Of a DNA stretch of 64,000 nt, positions 39,406 through 51,814 are shown piece after piece. Both the position numbers and the translations under genes were made by a program. The number at the start of each line of letters is the position of its first letter. Within the stretch, counting starts at the first letter, position 1. This stretch comes from Massalongia carnosa (lineage: Eukaryota), in assembly GCA_965645245.1 (NCBI GenBank), contig OZ287074.1, positions 1,488,001 through 1,552,000 of the forward strand, in the 5' to 3' direction. The notes under the pieces were generated by a model. It saw only the letters and a program-made list of their open reading frames with translations. It was not told the origin of the DNA and searched no databases.

Positions 39406-40256
39406 GCTTAAATGAGCTTGATATGTACCCTTCTCTGATAGCTTAGTAGTCCTTATGAACATGGTTTCAAAGCCTATTTTAATGAGATTACTTCTGTTTG
39501 TTCTTTCAGAAATATTAATATAATGTATAAACATGCAATTTCTACATCTCTTTCATATGCTGATTGATCCTTAAGTTAATTCTTCTATTACCGCTCCCCC
39601 CCTTTTTTTTCCCGTGGGGTTTGAACTTACATATCAATTTATATAAATAACTCTTTCGAAATTTTACTGTTGACACTTCACAAAAAATCTTTCATTTGTA
39701 TTTTTCTTCTTCATTCTTCATTCTCACCATGTAAGAAAATCACATTTGTGAGGAAGATGAAAAGGGCGAGGAAGACGAGGAAGACGAGCAGAACGAGGAG
39801 GAGGTAGAGAGGGTCATTTGGAGAGACACTGGTGAAGATGGAAGGGGTTTCTCGAAATGTGATTTCGACGTTTCAGCTGCTGTTAGTAGCACTAGTAAAT
39901 AGAACGGGCTGTGGGCACGACTAGAGGCTATTAAGGCCTTCGTCACTGTTAGGCACGGGACGCATAGCCAGCCACGTGAACCCGAAAAGGGGTACACGCC
40001 TATATAGCCCACGCTCGCTACTAACAACTTTACCATCCAACTCAAGCACTGACGTAGTCATACGTCTGGTGCCACGAGTTGGGGTAAACCCACAGCTGCT
40101 TTAGATAATGCTTATGAATATATAATAAACGTTGAGAAATGATGATCAATCATTCTAAAAAACTTCACCAAACGTCGATTTTACGCTGTGAATTTGAAAA
40201 AGAACCATTCGAACTTTATATTTTTCCCGGAGGGAAGGGTAGAGCCGTATCAACTA

Positions 40257-42198
40257 ATCGTGCTAGACCACTTTCGGAATGCAGAGAGCACCCCTTAGTG
40301 CTTACCGGCTCAAAGACGCTACCGGCTCAAAGACGCATTTTCAACATTTTACACCTCAACTTCGACACGTCAACAATCAACAACATAATGGTCAATTCAT
40401 ATTCAGCTATCGAGGATCGAATTGACAGTGCAATTGACGCGTTACATGATGGTTTGTATACTAATTGTCGAGCTGCAGCTATAGCTTTTGACGTTGCCCC
40501 TCGTACGGTTCAAAAACGATGGAATGGAGGCAACTCCAAAAGCAGTCGACCTAGTACCAACAAAGCTCTGACGGATGAGCAAGAACAAGCTGTTCGTGAC
40601 TACATCGAGCGATTGGACAAGGCCAACATGTGTGCGCGACCCAAATTGATCGTGGGGGCTGCAAATTATCTGATTCGTTTTGAGAATCGTACTCTTGGTC
40701 ATCAGTGGCTGAAGCGATTTCTTGATCGAAATCCCGAGCTTCATGTACGAAAACAGAAGCCTCTCGCAGTCGATCGAAAAAATAGTCACGACGTTAACGA
40801 TATGGTTGAATATTTCAGCAAATTAGAAAGGGTGATGAGGGAAAAGGGAATAACGGAGCTGGATGTATGGAATATGGACGAAACAGGCTTTCGAATTGGA
40901 TGCGGACGAGCTCAAATAGTAATCACCTTGGACCCACGAAAGCCTCTTCGTATGACTGATCCGGATAATCGTGACTACATTACTTCTGTAGAGTGTATCA
41001 GCTCGGCCGGTGACGTTATTCCACCATTACTTATTCTTTCGGGTATTCATATTCTTCATAAATGGTGTCAACACAACGATCTCGACGGAGAGACGTTGAT
41101 TGGGACCAGCGAGACCGGCTATTCAAATGACGATTTAGCCATGGATTGGCTTCGTCATTTCATCGAGCATACACGGACTAAAAGACGTGGAGCTTGGCTA
41201 CTTCTAGTCATCGACGGGTTTGGGTCTCATTCAACCATTCCGTTTTTGAAGCTGGCCACTGAAAATCAGATCGTTCTATTTCGTCTTCCAGCACATTCTA
41301 CTCATTTGACTCAGCCGTTAGATGTAGGTGTTTTTCAGCCGTACAAACACTATCATGCTGAGGCCATTGATCATGCGATACGAATGGGAGACACGGAATT
41401 TGGAAAATTGGAATTTTTAGCCGCATTCCAGGAATTTCGCAACAAGACATTCAAATCATCTACTATTCGTCATGCATTCAGGACCACCGGCATCGTCCCA
41501 TTCAATCCGAACATGGTACTCGACGTCATTCGTCAGAAGCAAGCTGCAGCCTTGGAAATTAGGAATGAACCCCGCACCCCGAGCCCCCTACCTCTTCAAT
41601 TTCATGAGCGCACCCCTCGAGGCCCCGAATCAATCAGAAAATTCGGTCACAAATTGCAAAGGGCATTGACCGCGGCCGGGCCGATCGGTGGATGGATGGA
41701 TAAAAAAACAGTGGACGGTTTTCAGAAATTTATTAGGGCCTCCATCACCTCCGCCAACACCCTAGATTTGACTACGCGGGACCTTCAGCAAGTGCAAAAA
41801 GCCACCACATCGCGTAAAAGTCGGGCCGCTCTCGGGGGTCAGGTAGCTGCAAAGGGTGGAGTCATAAAAGTCAGTCAATGTAGAGAATTATGTTCAATTC
41901 GTCAAAAAAAAGAGGAAGAAAAGGCTAGACGAAAGGAACAAAGGGAGGCTAATAAGGGGAAAAAGGCCTCATCAACCCAGTTAGACAACGTCCGATTTTT
42001 ACTAGGGCAGGGCCTGTTAGTAGAACAGACTGAGCAGTAGATTTTAAACCCGAAATGAAGCTATTTGGACGTCTTTTCATGAAGGTCTGATTTTTTTAAT
42101 GTTGAGGTGTTGAAAAATGCGTCTTTGAGCCGGTAGCGTCTTTGAGCCGGTAAGCACTAAGGGGTGCTCTCTGCATTCCGAAAGTGGTCTAGCACGAT
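40257..42198 (+). mobile_element. pogo/Fot1-like transposon family A, intact copy
   Basis: ~85-bp perfect TIRs containing two tandem 17-bp repeats (taccggctcaaagacgc); TA flanks at 40255-56 and 42199-200. Confidence 0.97.
40388..42040 (+). CDS. pogo/Fot1-family transposase (550 aa, uninterrupted)
   Basis: HTH/CENP-B-like N-terminus, WNMDETGFRIG, LLVIDGFGSH, PAHSTHLTQPLDVGVF. Confidence 0.95.
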   Translation: MVNSYSAIEDRIDSAIDALHDGLYTNCRAAAIAFDVAPRTVQKRWNGGNSKSSRPSTNKALTDEQEQAVRDYIERLDKANMCARPKLIVGAANYLIRFENRTLGHQWLKRFLDRNPELHVRKQKPLAVDRKNSHDVNDMVEYFSKLERVMREKGITELDVWNMDETGFRIGCGRAQIVITLDPRKPLRMTDPDNRDYITSVECISSAGDVIPPLLILSGIHILHKWCQHNDLDGETLIGTSETGYSNDDLAMDWLRHFIEHTRTKRRGAWLLLVIDGFGSHSTIPFLKLATENQIVLFRLPAHSTHLTQPLDVGVFQPYKHYHAEAIDHAIRMGDTEFGKLEFLAAFQEFRNKTFKSSTIRHAFRTTGIVPFNPNMVLDVIRQKQAAALEIRNEPRTPSPLPLQFHERTPRGPESIRKFGHKLQRALTAAGPIGGWMDKKTVDGFQKFIRASITSANTLDLTTRDLQQVQKATTSRKSRAALGGQVAAKGGVIKVSQCRELCSIRQKKEEEKARRKEQREANKGKKASSTQLDNVRFLLGQGLLVEQTEQ

Positions 42199-42428
42199 TA
42201 GTGGGTGTAGCGATAATAAGATCAATGAATAACTCGAACATTTATGGAAGGGAGTATTTTATTTAACATCAATTTTCGCCTACTGTGCTTGACGAGAGTT
42301 TATCTAGTACTTTTACGATTGCGCTCCTCCTGGGCCACTTCTGGGCGATTAGAAACTTAGGGCTTCATTGATAATTCTCTCAAAGACCGTGAGAAGAAAG
42401 TAACCTTAACAAGAAAGCATGGATTGAG

Positions 42429-44294
42429 TTATTTCTTGCCAAAAAAAGACATTATGTTTCCTTGTCCTGCCTTTACGTTGGCCTTTTTGCCCTTTCCAGC
42501 GGACGATGCAGGCTTCATGTCTCTTGGCGCAACTGGTTCATCTTCTGAGAAGGATTCCCATACAGGCTCTTCCTTCGTTACTACGTAAATACTTATCAGT
42601 GAGCTGTTTGATAGAAATTTATCGCTGTCAACATCCACGCACCTAGATAGCTTTCATCATCTTTGAGCCTCACCTTCTTCATTATTTTACGCCTTCCTCT
42701 GCGACGCCCTCCAGACACTACGACTGGAGTTTCGGAGGAAGGTGGAGGTGGTGGTCTGGCCATATCAGTTAAAACTGATTCTTGGGTACCTGAAGCAAGG
42801 CCGTCTTTATCATCTTTTGTATTTTCCATGACTATGTCTTTCATTTAATCAGCTCAAGCCAATTACTTCGTCTAGGACAATCTTGCCTTCTTTTTCCATC
42901 ACCTGCCGTAAATGTTGCTCACGGTCGAATTTAGACTTAGCAGGTTTATTACCCAAATTTTGTTTGTCAATAAACTCTTCCGGGAAATCCTCTTCGGAAG
43001 TATCCTTCATAGGTTCTAGCCGATTTAGCAACCCCCCCTAAAAGTGTTCGATTTTTCTCACCATCTTCATGAGTGCTAGACTTTTCTTGCTAGGTACGTT
43101 AAGCTTCAAGGAGTTAAGACTTGGTGGTGTGCATCTTACCGAGAGCGAGTTGGGAATAATTGAGGATGCCCCAGCCGAACTACCAGTATCTTCCCGACTG
43201 ACCGTGGGTTTGGGCCTTGAGAAAGATTTGAAGATGTCTGAGTGTTCTCTCTTGGTGCTAAGCGATCTGCTTCCGGAGCTTTCATCGGGTTTCTCATCCT
43301 GCTGATGCCTGCTTTCCGACTTCATAAGGGGCTGGTTTGTTGCTTTGCCATGTAAGGAATGCTCCATAATGATTTCTGATCCATTTGATCTCGATTTGTC
43401 AACATCTTGCGATTTCCTCTTTAGCGACTTCTTCGATGGGAAGGTCGCTGAATAAGTTGTCACCTGAATAGATTCTTGTCTAGTTTTTCGCTGCAGCTGG
43501 TTCAGCTTGACTCTCAATACTTCCTAAGACAGTGCTCGCCTTCACCCCGGAATTCTTAATTGTGCCATAGCAATCTCCACACTTCAGCGGATCGACTTGA
43601 GCAGATTCTTCTGAAATCTCCAGGTTGCAACTGGACAGTAATTGAAGGCTCTAAATAATATCAAATTTATAAATGAGAAAATGGACGTAGACATAACTCG
43701 GTATCATTACCTGAATTTTTCCTGGGCCTAAGCTATAAACATGAATCGAGTATATTTGCTCATAATTTTCTCTGACAGCTAGTCAAAGTGAGACTGGAAA
43801 TTATATCTTGCGTGGATGAGTTACCCTCCAAGTCTTGCTCTCCTACTATACTTATGACGTTCGGTAAAGCGTATGCTCTAGAATCGTCTTCTATCGGCAT
43901 AGTACTATTCATAAAAGGGCTACTCGGCGATGGGTCATTATTATCCCCTTGCGAGACCTCTTTGATATTTGGTACGTCGACATGGGCTAGTGTACCACTC
44001 AAGAGGTACGTCGCGTAGACGGTACCAGGTTTTTTGGAGTTTTGCTGAATGTAGAATTCATATAGTAAGCTTAACTGAGTATTAGCGGACAGTTCACATT
44101 GTAAAATCATGTGTTTGTTCACTGCTTTGCGATATTACTATGCACTTTCAAATATCTACTAAGAGACCGATATGAGACCTAAGAGAATAGTTAAGCCAAG
44201 CAAAACAATATCAGTAGAACAGTAGAACGCAACTTACAAGCTTTCCATCATTCAGTACTGTTGCAGCAAGATATGCTCTGAATTCCTGTCCCAT
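42429..44294 (-). CDS. POL32: DNA polymerase delta subunit 3 (Pol32/Cdc27), multi-exon
   Basis: VSYRSLSRYLKVHSNIAKQ..LYEF..VYATYLLSG N-terminal domain, RRRGRRKIMKK..DDESYLVTKEEPVWESFSE, C-terminal PIP box QGNIMSFF. Confidence 0.9.
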
Positions 44295-44720
44295 GATTTC
44301 TTGTAATCTAGGCAACCATAGGTGCAAAAGTGTTATGATATCCAGAGTGCAAAGGCGAAATTCTTAGCGTCGCACTTTTGGTTTATTTATCTACCAATCT
44401 GTAAAAAGTTTTTAGTAACAAGAATGCATTTAAAACATTGATACACTGGGTTAGGGAAATCAATACGAGGGATGGAGGATGAAATGAAAAGTCTTTGGAT
44501 GCACTAGTGATATCAACTTAGTAGATGGAAAATACAGATTCTTTCATATTCTTTTGACAGAAACTTAAGAGTTTTATTTTAAATTATAATTAACTCATGA
44601 TTCTACGCTACTACCACGTTTTTTATTTTTTAAAACGTCGTCGCATCTGTTTTGCAGTTGAAAACAGATTATTATACGCTACTGAGGACTTTTCATGTTA
44701 TCCTCGTACTTTAAGACTTA

Positions 44721-46059
44721 CAGTCCCGTGTCAAAAGTTTCCGACTCTACCCGCGATTTTCGTGATTTCGCGTTTTAACCTACCAACCCATCAACTTTGA
44801 CCTCATCATTTCACCATGCCACGCACTCCGTTGACTTCAATTTCTGGTAATAAGCCTCGTAATACCGAATTGAATCAATGTCAAAGAGGTATGATTATTG
44901 GAGCCTAGGCGTTGGGGCATGCACCGGCCGAAATTGCAAAGACATTAAATGTGCCTCGAACCACCGTCATTTACACTCTTCAAAAGCACCCAGAACGCAA
45001 CAACGAAAAGTCCAAATCGCGATCGGGTCGGCCTGGAATACTTTCGAACCGCGATCGAAGACGTATCATCAAACTTGCGCGAATCAATCCACGCATCACC
45101 TACGCGCAGCTGCGTACGGAGGTTGAGGTGCAATGTAGTCGATCCACTCTCTATCGGACGCTCAAAGACTATGGTCTAACAAACTGGCTGGCTAAAAAGC
45201 GACCTTTATTGACGCCCGAGGTGGCAAAGAAGAGACTGGACTGGTGCTTGCTTCGGCGTGAGTGGAATTTTGAGCAGTGGTCAAAAATAATATGGTCAGA
45301 CGAGTGCTCGGTGGAAAAGGGTCCGGGAAAACAGCGTCAATGGGTGTTCAGGTTTCCGGACGAAAAATGGAAAAAACCTATGATACAACCGTACGGCAAA
45401 GGAAAAGAGGTTAAGGTCATGGTATGGGGGGCTTTTTGGGGGGGGGGGGAGGTCGGATCTTTACAAATTGGCCCGCGATTTCGAGGCAAAGAAGATGGGG
45501 TACTCCGCGAATTCATATTTGGAATTATTGAACGATAATCTGCTTGGAATTTGGGAACCAGGTCTCATTTTCATGCAGGATAATGCCCCCATTCACACTG
45601 CCAAAAAGGTGAAGAAATGGTTCGATGAAAACGGTATAACAGTCATCGATTGGCCCCCTTATTCTCCTGATTTGAATCCCATCGAGCACGTTTGGTACGT
45701 GCTCAAAAAGCTCGTCTACCAGGTCAATCCGGACATGGACTCGGTGACTGGTGGTGATGATAGGGTCCGCGAGGTACTTTGGAAAGCTTTGGAAGAAGCA
45801 TGGGCCTTGATAGATGAGGAAATGCTGAAGAGTTTAGTAGACAGCATGGAAAGGAGGATTGAAGCTTGCATCCAGTCAAAAGGATGGTATACGAAATATT
45901 AAAAATATATTTCTCAGCCCAATGTACTTGCTATAATGTATGTAATCATCGTACGAAGTTTCAAGACATCAAAATAACAACTTGATAGTTGATAATTCAA
46001 AGCAGTGGGGGGGTAAAAAGTTGATGGTGGGGCTGTCGGAAACTTTTGACCTAGTACTG
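44721..46059 (+). mobile_element. Tc1/mariner DNA transposon B (Tc1 DD34E), defective
   Basis: Imperfect TIRs cagtcccgtgtcaaaagtttccgac vs reverse-complement cagtactaggtcaaaagtttccgac; TA at 44719-20 and 46060-61. Confidence 0.92.
44816..45902 (+). pseudogene. Tc1 transposase pseudogene (in-frame TAG at 44906; frameshift at the poly-G run ~45438-45449)
   Basis: MPRTPL.., GRPGIL, WSDECSV, MQDNAPIH, PPYSPDLNPIEHVW, GWYTKY across two frames. Confidence 0.88.
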
Positions 46060-46061
46060 TA

Positions 46062-48281
46062 GGCCCCGTTCGGTAACCTCCTTATTGTCAATAAGGAGCC
46101 TCCTTCTTGAAAAGATGGAACCTCCTTTAAATATGGAACACTATTCGTGCCCCACACTTTCGCTCGGTCGACTCGCTTAGTGCTAGCCAGCTATACAGCC
46201 AGGACCAGCCATACAGCCAAAAATCAACTATTCTACATACATCGGGGTTTTTTTCAGCAATTCCTTCATGATCATCATCCATCTTTTGTGACTATTCATG
46301 CTTCTAGTCATAAGCATCTTTCTATGCGCTTTTGACTGCCTAACCACTTTGGTAAGAGCCGTACAATAACGCTTTTCCCATGCGACGTTTCGCTCTTTCT
46401 CCCTTATCTCCTCCTGCTCCTCCCTACCACGAACCATTGAACGGGCCTCACTAACAGTAAGTACGCCTCCGTGATGAAGAATCTTATTGACCTCTCGTTT
46501 ACGAGCTTTCCGAGTAGTTTGGGCCTTGATTTGTTGTTCCCAGCGTTGTTCCAGAAGATCGCCTTTTCGAACCTCGGCAACAGCTCCCTTTACAAATTTG
46601 CTAACAATTTGTACGAGGTCATCCGAGCAAGCTGAATGCGTCATGATTTCTGTGGCTACTGTGGCCAACTGTCGCACGGTTCGAGGGGTTTCTTGTACAG
46701 ATAGGGGGGCTGTATGAGACGGAGTTGACTCACAAGGGGGAGGAAGAAATTCTCGAACTTTGTCGAGAAAAATGCCTGGATTGAACGGAATCAAGCCTGT
46801 TTTTCTCCAAGCAGACTGTATGGTGGAAGGTCTAAAAGCCAGCGATCGAAACTTGCTAAATGCATTCAGAAATTCGACTTTGGAAAAGGGTTGATCTCCA
46901 TTCTGAATTGCTTCATTGACGGCCCCGGAATGCCAGTGTTTCAGAGGTTGAAAAACACACACATCCAATGGTTGTAAGAGATGTGTGGTATGAGATGGTA
47001 ATCCGAATGGAATGATGTTTTTCGTTTCACAATATTCTAGAAATTCTCGAGTATGATAAGATCCATAACCGTCCATTATCAAAAGTCTCCAAGCCCCCCT
47101 CTCTTATTTTTTCAGTGTGTTTGTCGAAATGCTTGATCCATTGCAAACTCAACCAGTCATTTGTACAGCCCGATTCAGCTGTAGAAATGACTACATCATT
47201 GCTCAGATCGTTTTTGACCCAGGGAGCGAGGATGTTGATGCCAGACACAATTAAAAAAGGGGGAATGTCCTGACCAGCCCCGTTGATACACTCCACCGCT
47301 GTCAGCGATTCTCGATTTGATGGATCAGAACTGTATGATTGTCGAGAAGAATCTGCTGTGATTATCCAATCACTTCGTGCCATACCAATACGAAACCCAG
47401 TTCACCAAAATTCCACCGATCCTTCGGATTTATTCCATACTTGTTCACTACTTCTTGATATTTTTCAAAATGCCCAATCAATAACTCCAAATCATGCGCA
47501 TTTTTGCGCTCAGCAGCTAGAGGCTTACGTTTAATCTTGTAAAGATCTGACTGACGTTTTAGCCATCTTTTGATCCAATGCGAGCCGAGAGGAGGAGGAG
47601 GCGTCGAATCGGAAGCCGTTTGACGAGGAATGGAGTATGCAGCCACTTCCACCATATGCAGACGAGCCGGAATGTCCAAAGAATCCAGTTTCAAAAGATA
47701 TAGACGTAGGGCCAACCCCTGATCGGGTTTTAGACGTCTATTATGCAGTCCTCGTACTTTCGTTTTAGATGACACCCCTTTGACCCGAGAACGAAGTCTT
47801 CCTCTAGTACATTAAATTCTCGCGCAATTGTACTGAGTTTGGCGTTTTTGCGTGAGTTTAAGGCTTCAATGGCCTTTGCAATATGATTTTCAATTATAGT
47901 ATAAGATTCAGGCATGATGGTGGTGGATAATGAATTTTTCAAAGGTGGTGGGTAGAAATTTGAAGATTTTGGCTGTATGGCTGGTCCTGGCTGTATGGCT
48001 GGCTAGCACTAAGCGAGTCGACCGAGCGAAAGTGTGGGGCACGAATACTTGTAGCGACGATCGCAAACAGCGACGGTTATCAATTTAATCCTGATGAGAA
48101 TTGTTCCCAATCTAATTCTGACTACTCAGCATGAGTCGAATAGAGGCAAAGAATATACAACGAGTTTACTTACTTGTCAATAGCTTCTTATTGTAGCCGC
48201 GAATAAGACGCTATAAACGCACGGACACCAGCTTATTCAGGGGTGCAAAAAGGAGCAGTCTTAATGTTACCGAACAGACCC
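46062..48281. mobile_element. Tourist/PIF-Harbinger-like MITE (~316 bp when the nested pogo is removed)
   Basis: 16-bp TIRs ggccccgttcggtaac (46062-77) and gttaccgaacagaccc (48266-81), 13/16 match; TTA at 48282-84 and TTA at 44718-20 once Tc1-B is excised. Confidence 0.7.
46144..48045 (-). mobile_element. pogo/Fot1-like transposon family B with frameshifted transposase (ATG ~47915, stop 46228)
   Basis: ~79-bp TIRs ttcgtgccccacactttcgctcgg.. with one mismatch; TA flanks at 46142-43 and 46046-equivalent 48046-47; NRESLTAVECI, MDGYGSY, PSHTTHLLQPLDVCVF in four ORF fragments. Confidence 0.93.
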
Positions 48282-48486
48282 TTATACGAAACCAATTAGT
48301 CTTAGTGTTTATATATATAGGTATTTTCCCTAGAGAACATTACGGCTTAGTGTAATTTTTAACTAGCATTCTGGAAAACGTAATGATTTGCTAGCCACGC
48401 ACCAAATTTACTGTGACTTCATTCAGCTGAGTACTAAAGTGCGGGACTTTGGCATTAGACGTGTTGATTGTTCATATTCTCATCTG

Positions 48487-49876
48487 ATGGATGACTCTTA
48501 TCAGGTTACAGATCCTACAGATTGGCTTCAAACTCGGATGCCCCAACTAGTCCAGGTAGAAGCAGCTCTTCGGTGTCAAGTTTGCAAGGACTTTTATGGT
48601 ACTCCCATGATCACATCTTGTTCACATACGTTTTGCTCGTTGTGTATCCGTCGGTGTTTGACCAGCGATGGCATGTGTCCTGTGTGCCGAGCTCCAGATC
48701 AAGAGCTTAGACTAAGAAGAAACTGGGTCGTTCAAGAACTAGTAGATGTCTTCCAAGCTGCAAGGCCAGTGTTAATAAAGTTGGGAGAATATCCAAAGTC
48801 ATCTAATTTGGAGCTTCAAGAGATGAATGGAAAGAGGAAACTGGAAGCATCCAACCCGGATCAACTTGGAGAGCTGGATGGGCATCAGGAACAGCGCAGG
48901 AAAACATGGGTACAGAACAAGGGAGCTACAAGCGCTCACCTCTATGACTCGGATAATGTGCTTGGAGACCAAGAAGGTAGTGACTATGGGCCTAGTATGT
49001 GTTGATCAAAGCCCTAGCCATATGAAAACTAATTTAATTGGAAGATGATGGCCTTGCCGCATGTCCTATTTGCAACCAACGAATGAGGGAGGAAGAAGTA
49101 TTCCCACATTTGGATGACCACAGTAATGCCTATGACAGTCCAAGCATTAAACCATCAGGATCAAGGTAAACAGCCAGTCAAAAGCGTCTTTGCAAATATT
49201 TAAATGTGCTCATAGGCTCATGAAGTCTCTTAACGGTGTCTCGAAGTTTCAACCATCTTCGAACCCACCTGAGCGATTACCCCAATTGAGCTATTCAATA
49301 TTGAAGGACAATGCCTTACGTAAGAAGTTGACAGAGCTCGGGATTCCCACCGGGGGTTCCAGGGCACTGCTCATTCGACGACACATGGAGTGGGTTAACT
49401 TGGTGAACGCTAATAGCGATTCATCACGACCACGAACAAAGCGCGAACTGCTGCACGAGTTAGATATCTGGGACAGGAGCCAAGGCCGTCACATCTCTAA
49501 TTTTTCCGGTGACCTAATGGGTGGTGGTTCAGTTATGAGAAAAGACTTTGATGGGGAAGCCTGGGCCATAAGCCATGGTGACGAATTTCGGGCACTAATC
49601 GGCAAGGCTCGTCAAAAGGCAGGGTACAAAAGAGTTGAGAGTAATAGCAACGATACTTCGGGCGTTCCGGAGCAGAATCAAGACACTTATAACCTAGAGA
49701 CGATATCGAATCCAGCGGCTCAGTGTGATTTATTACCGACTAGCCATCATATATTGTTACAACCTGACTCTCCTCTGAGATTGAACCCTTCTGATCAAAT
49801 TCTTGACCAGATCGACACGGCTCTTCCACTCAACAACCCAAGGCATAAGGTGATTGATCAAGGTTCTGAAAATTGA
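48487..49876 (+). CDS. RAD18: Post-replication repair E3 ubiquitin ligase Rad18 (3 exons)
   Basis: DPTDW, RING LRCQVCKDF..CSHTFCSLCIRRCL..CPVCR, UBZ-type CPIC..HLD, SAP domain LSYSILKDNALRKKLTELGIP..LIRRHMEW..NAN. Confidence 0.93.
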
Positions 49877-50175
49877 GTCGATTCATCTTGTATTTGGGAA
49901 TATTGATATCATTGGTCAAGGAAGTGGCGTCCTTTTAGCTTTGTCATGAGGGATAACATGCAAAGCCTAACATTTGTATGAACTGAAATGAGCTGCAAAT
50001 GGTCGGCTTTTATGCAATGAACCGCTATGGTTTAGTAAGTATCAATGCGCTTCGATCAGACTTTGTGCTTGGGTTCTCACCATGTGTAGACCCTCCAAAA
50101 ATTTAAAGCTCTGGGCCCTCGAGTTCAGTTCAACTGGTAACCAAGGCGAGGTAGATGATGCCATGGAAAATAGTT

Positions 50176-51313
50176 TTATCTCTCAATTATGAGTAGCTGA
50201 TCCGAAGATTTAGTAGCCTCGGCCGCAGACGAGTTCCCAAGTTCTTCTAATGCAACCGGCAACGCAGTTCCTAATCCCGGTGCATCTTCAACTATCATCT
50301 CTTTTGTTAACCCTTGAATTGCATTGATGCTGAGACTTGCTAGCCGTTTCTGGGTCTCTTGTGCATATTTCATGTCTTGGTCATACTCAACCTGCTCTTT
50401 CAAGGATTTTAGCTCTTCATCAAGAGCAGCATCATCGACTACAGAATTGTTGCCAGCTACCTCAATCAGCTTGCTGACGTCATCCACTTTATTCATTTCG
50501 TTGAGGAGCTCTTCCACCATGCTCTGCAAACTCTCTGTCTTGCCAGCTTGTAAATTCAGATGTCGTAGAACCCCTGTACTAGCTTCCATGACGCGAACTA
50601 TTGAAACATGATCTACTGCTTGTTCAATTTTACTATAGATTTCTTCGAGGGTTGATAAAGTCTCTTGTCTTTGTGCGAGAGTGCTCTCGCGTAGTTTTTT
50701 CAATCGAAGAACTCTAAGCGCTTCTGGTCGATCTTGATTTTTCATTGCGGCTTGTGCCTGGCTTTTCAACATTGCGATTTGGAACTTGAGTAGCTCAGTT
50801 TGTGGAGTGAGTTCGGCCATTAGGGTTTTAAGGGACGAAATGGTTCTGTCTTGGCTTGATATGGCCTCTCCAGAGGTCGTGAACTTGACGACCTAATAAC
50901 TTTTTGTTAAATCCTAAGCTTATTTGCAAAACGGAAATTGTATTTACATGTTGATCATAAACTATAGCTCTTTTATAGTGTGTTAGAAAAGTGAGAATAA
51001 CAAGAAGGTCCGTTTTAGTCAGGTCGGACTTGAGATGCAAGGCTTTTTCAACCTCTTTTCTGAATAAATCTATGGAGTATATTTTATTGACTTCAGTACT
51101 TCTGGTGTTGATGTATGATAGAATCTGGCTTGCGGCTTTCTGTGAAGATCTTAGTACAACTCGAAAGAAAGACAAGCTTGTCTAACATACCTCTACATTT
51201 CTTCTGATTACATATTGTCCATTCTGCAGCTTTGATGACGCTTGCTTTCGTCCGATCAATTCAAGCTGATGGAGTCCCCAGGAAAAAACTTGCGATGGCC
51301 ATACATACCAGCC

Positions 51314-51349
<36 letters not shown>

Positions 51350-51814
51350 TGTACTGGGAGTTATATTTAAGAAATCTTTAATTGGAATCATATGGTACTG
51401 CGATACTGCCTCATCCTGCTCAACACATATTCAGCCACGATTATCAAAAACTGCTACCACTAGATGTGAACTTACAAATACAGTGCCTAAAGCCAACGGT
51501 CTTCCCCATTCCCTACTTTCTAATTCCTGTAGAAGCTCCTCGCCAGTCATCAATGAAAATATGTTCGGGCCGTCCGGGCCTCCTGGTGTTAAGCCTTGAA
51601 AAGTTGCCTTCATCAAAACGTCCTCCCAAGCGACAACATTAGCAGCATATCCGTCGGGATTGGTGTATCGCTGCAAGCTGAAATCAGAATAAAGGGATGG
51701 TAAACGGGCTCTGGAGGACGTCAATATACTTGTTCCGCTGCAAATAGAATAATGATCTATCAACCTTCGAAATTGCACTTCCTGATCAAGTACGAAGCTC
51801 AATAGAGAAGGCAT
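50176..51814 (-). CDS. CHMP7/Chm7-like Snf7-family ESCRT-III protein, multi-exon
   Basis: ARLPSLYSDF..NPDGYAANVVAW, WGRPLALGTV N-terminal region; C-terminal Snf7 coiled coil (ALRVLRLKKL..IEQAVD..MEASTGVL..DEEL). Confidence 0.85.
51314..51346 (-). repeat. (CAA)11 coding microsatellite encoding poly-Q
   Basis: ttg repeat on the + strand; translates as KQQQQQQQQQQQG. Confidence 0.9.

Noticed and set aside
39740..40250. Acidic GAA/GAG-rich stretch and 101-aa minus ORF
   Set aside because: Low complexity, with no convincing start, splice structure or termini; may be a decayed repeat but cannot be classified.
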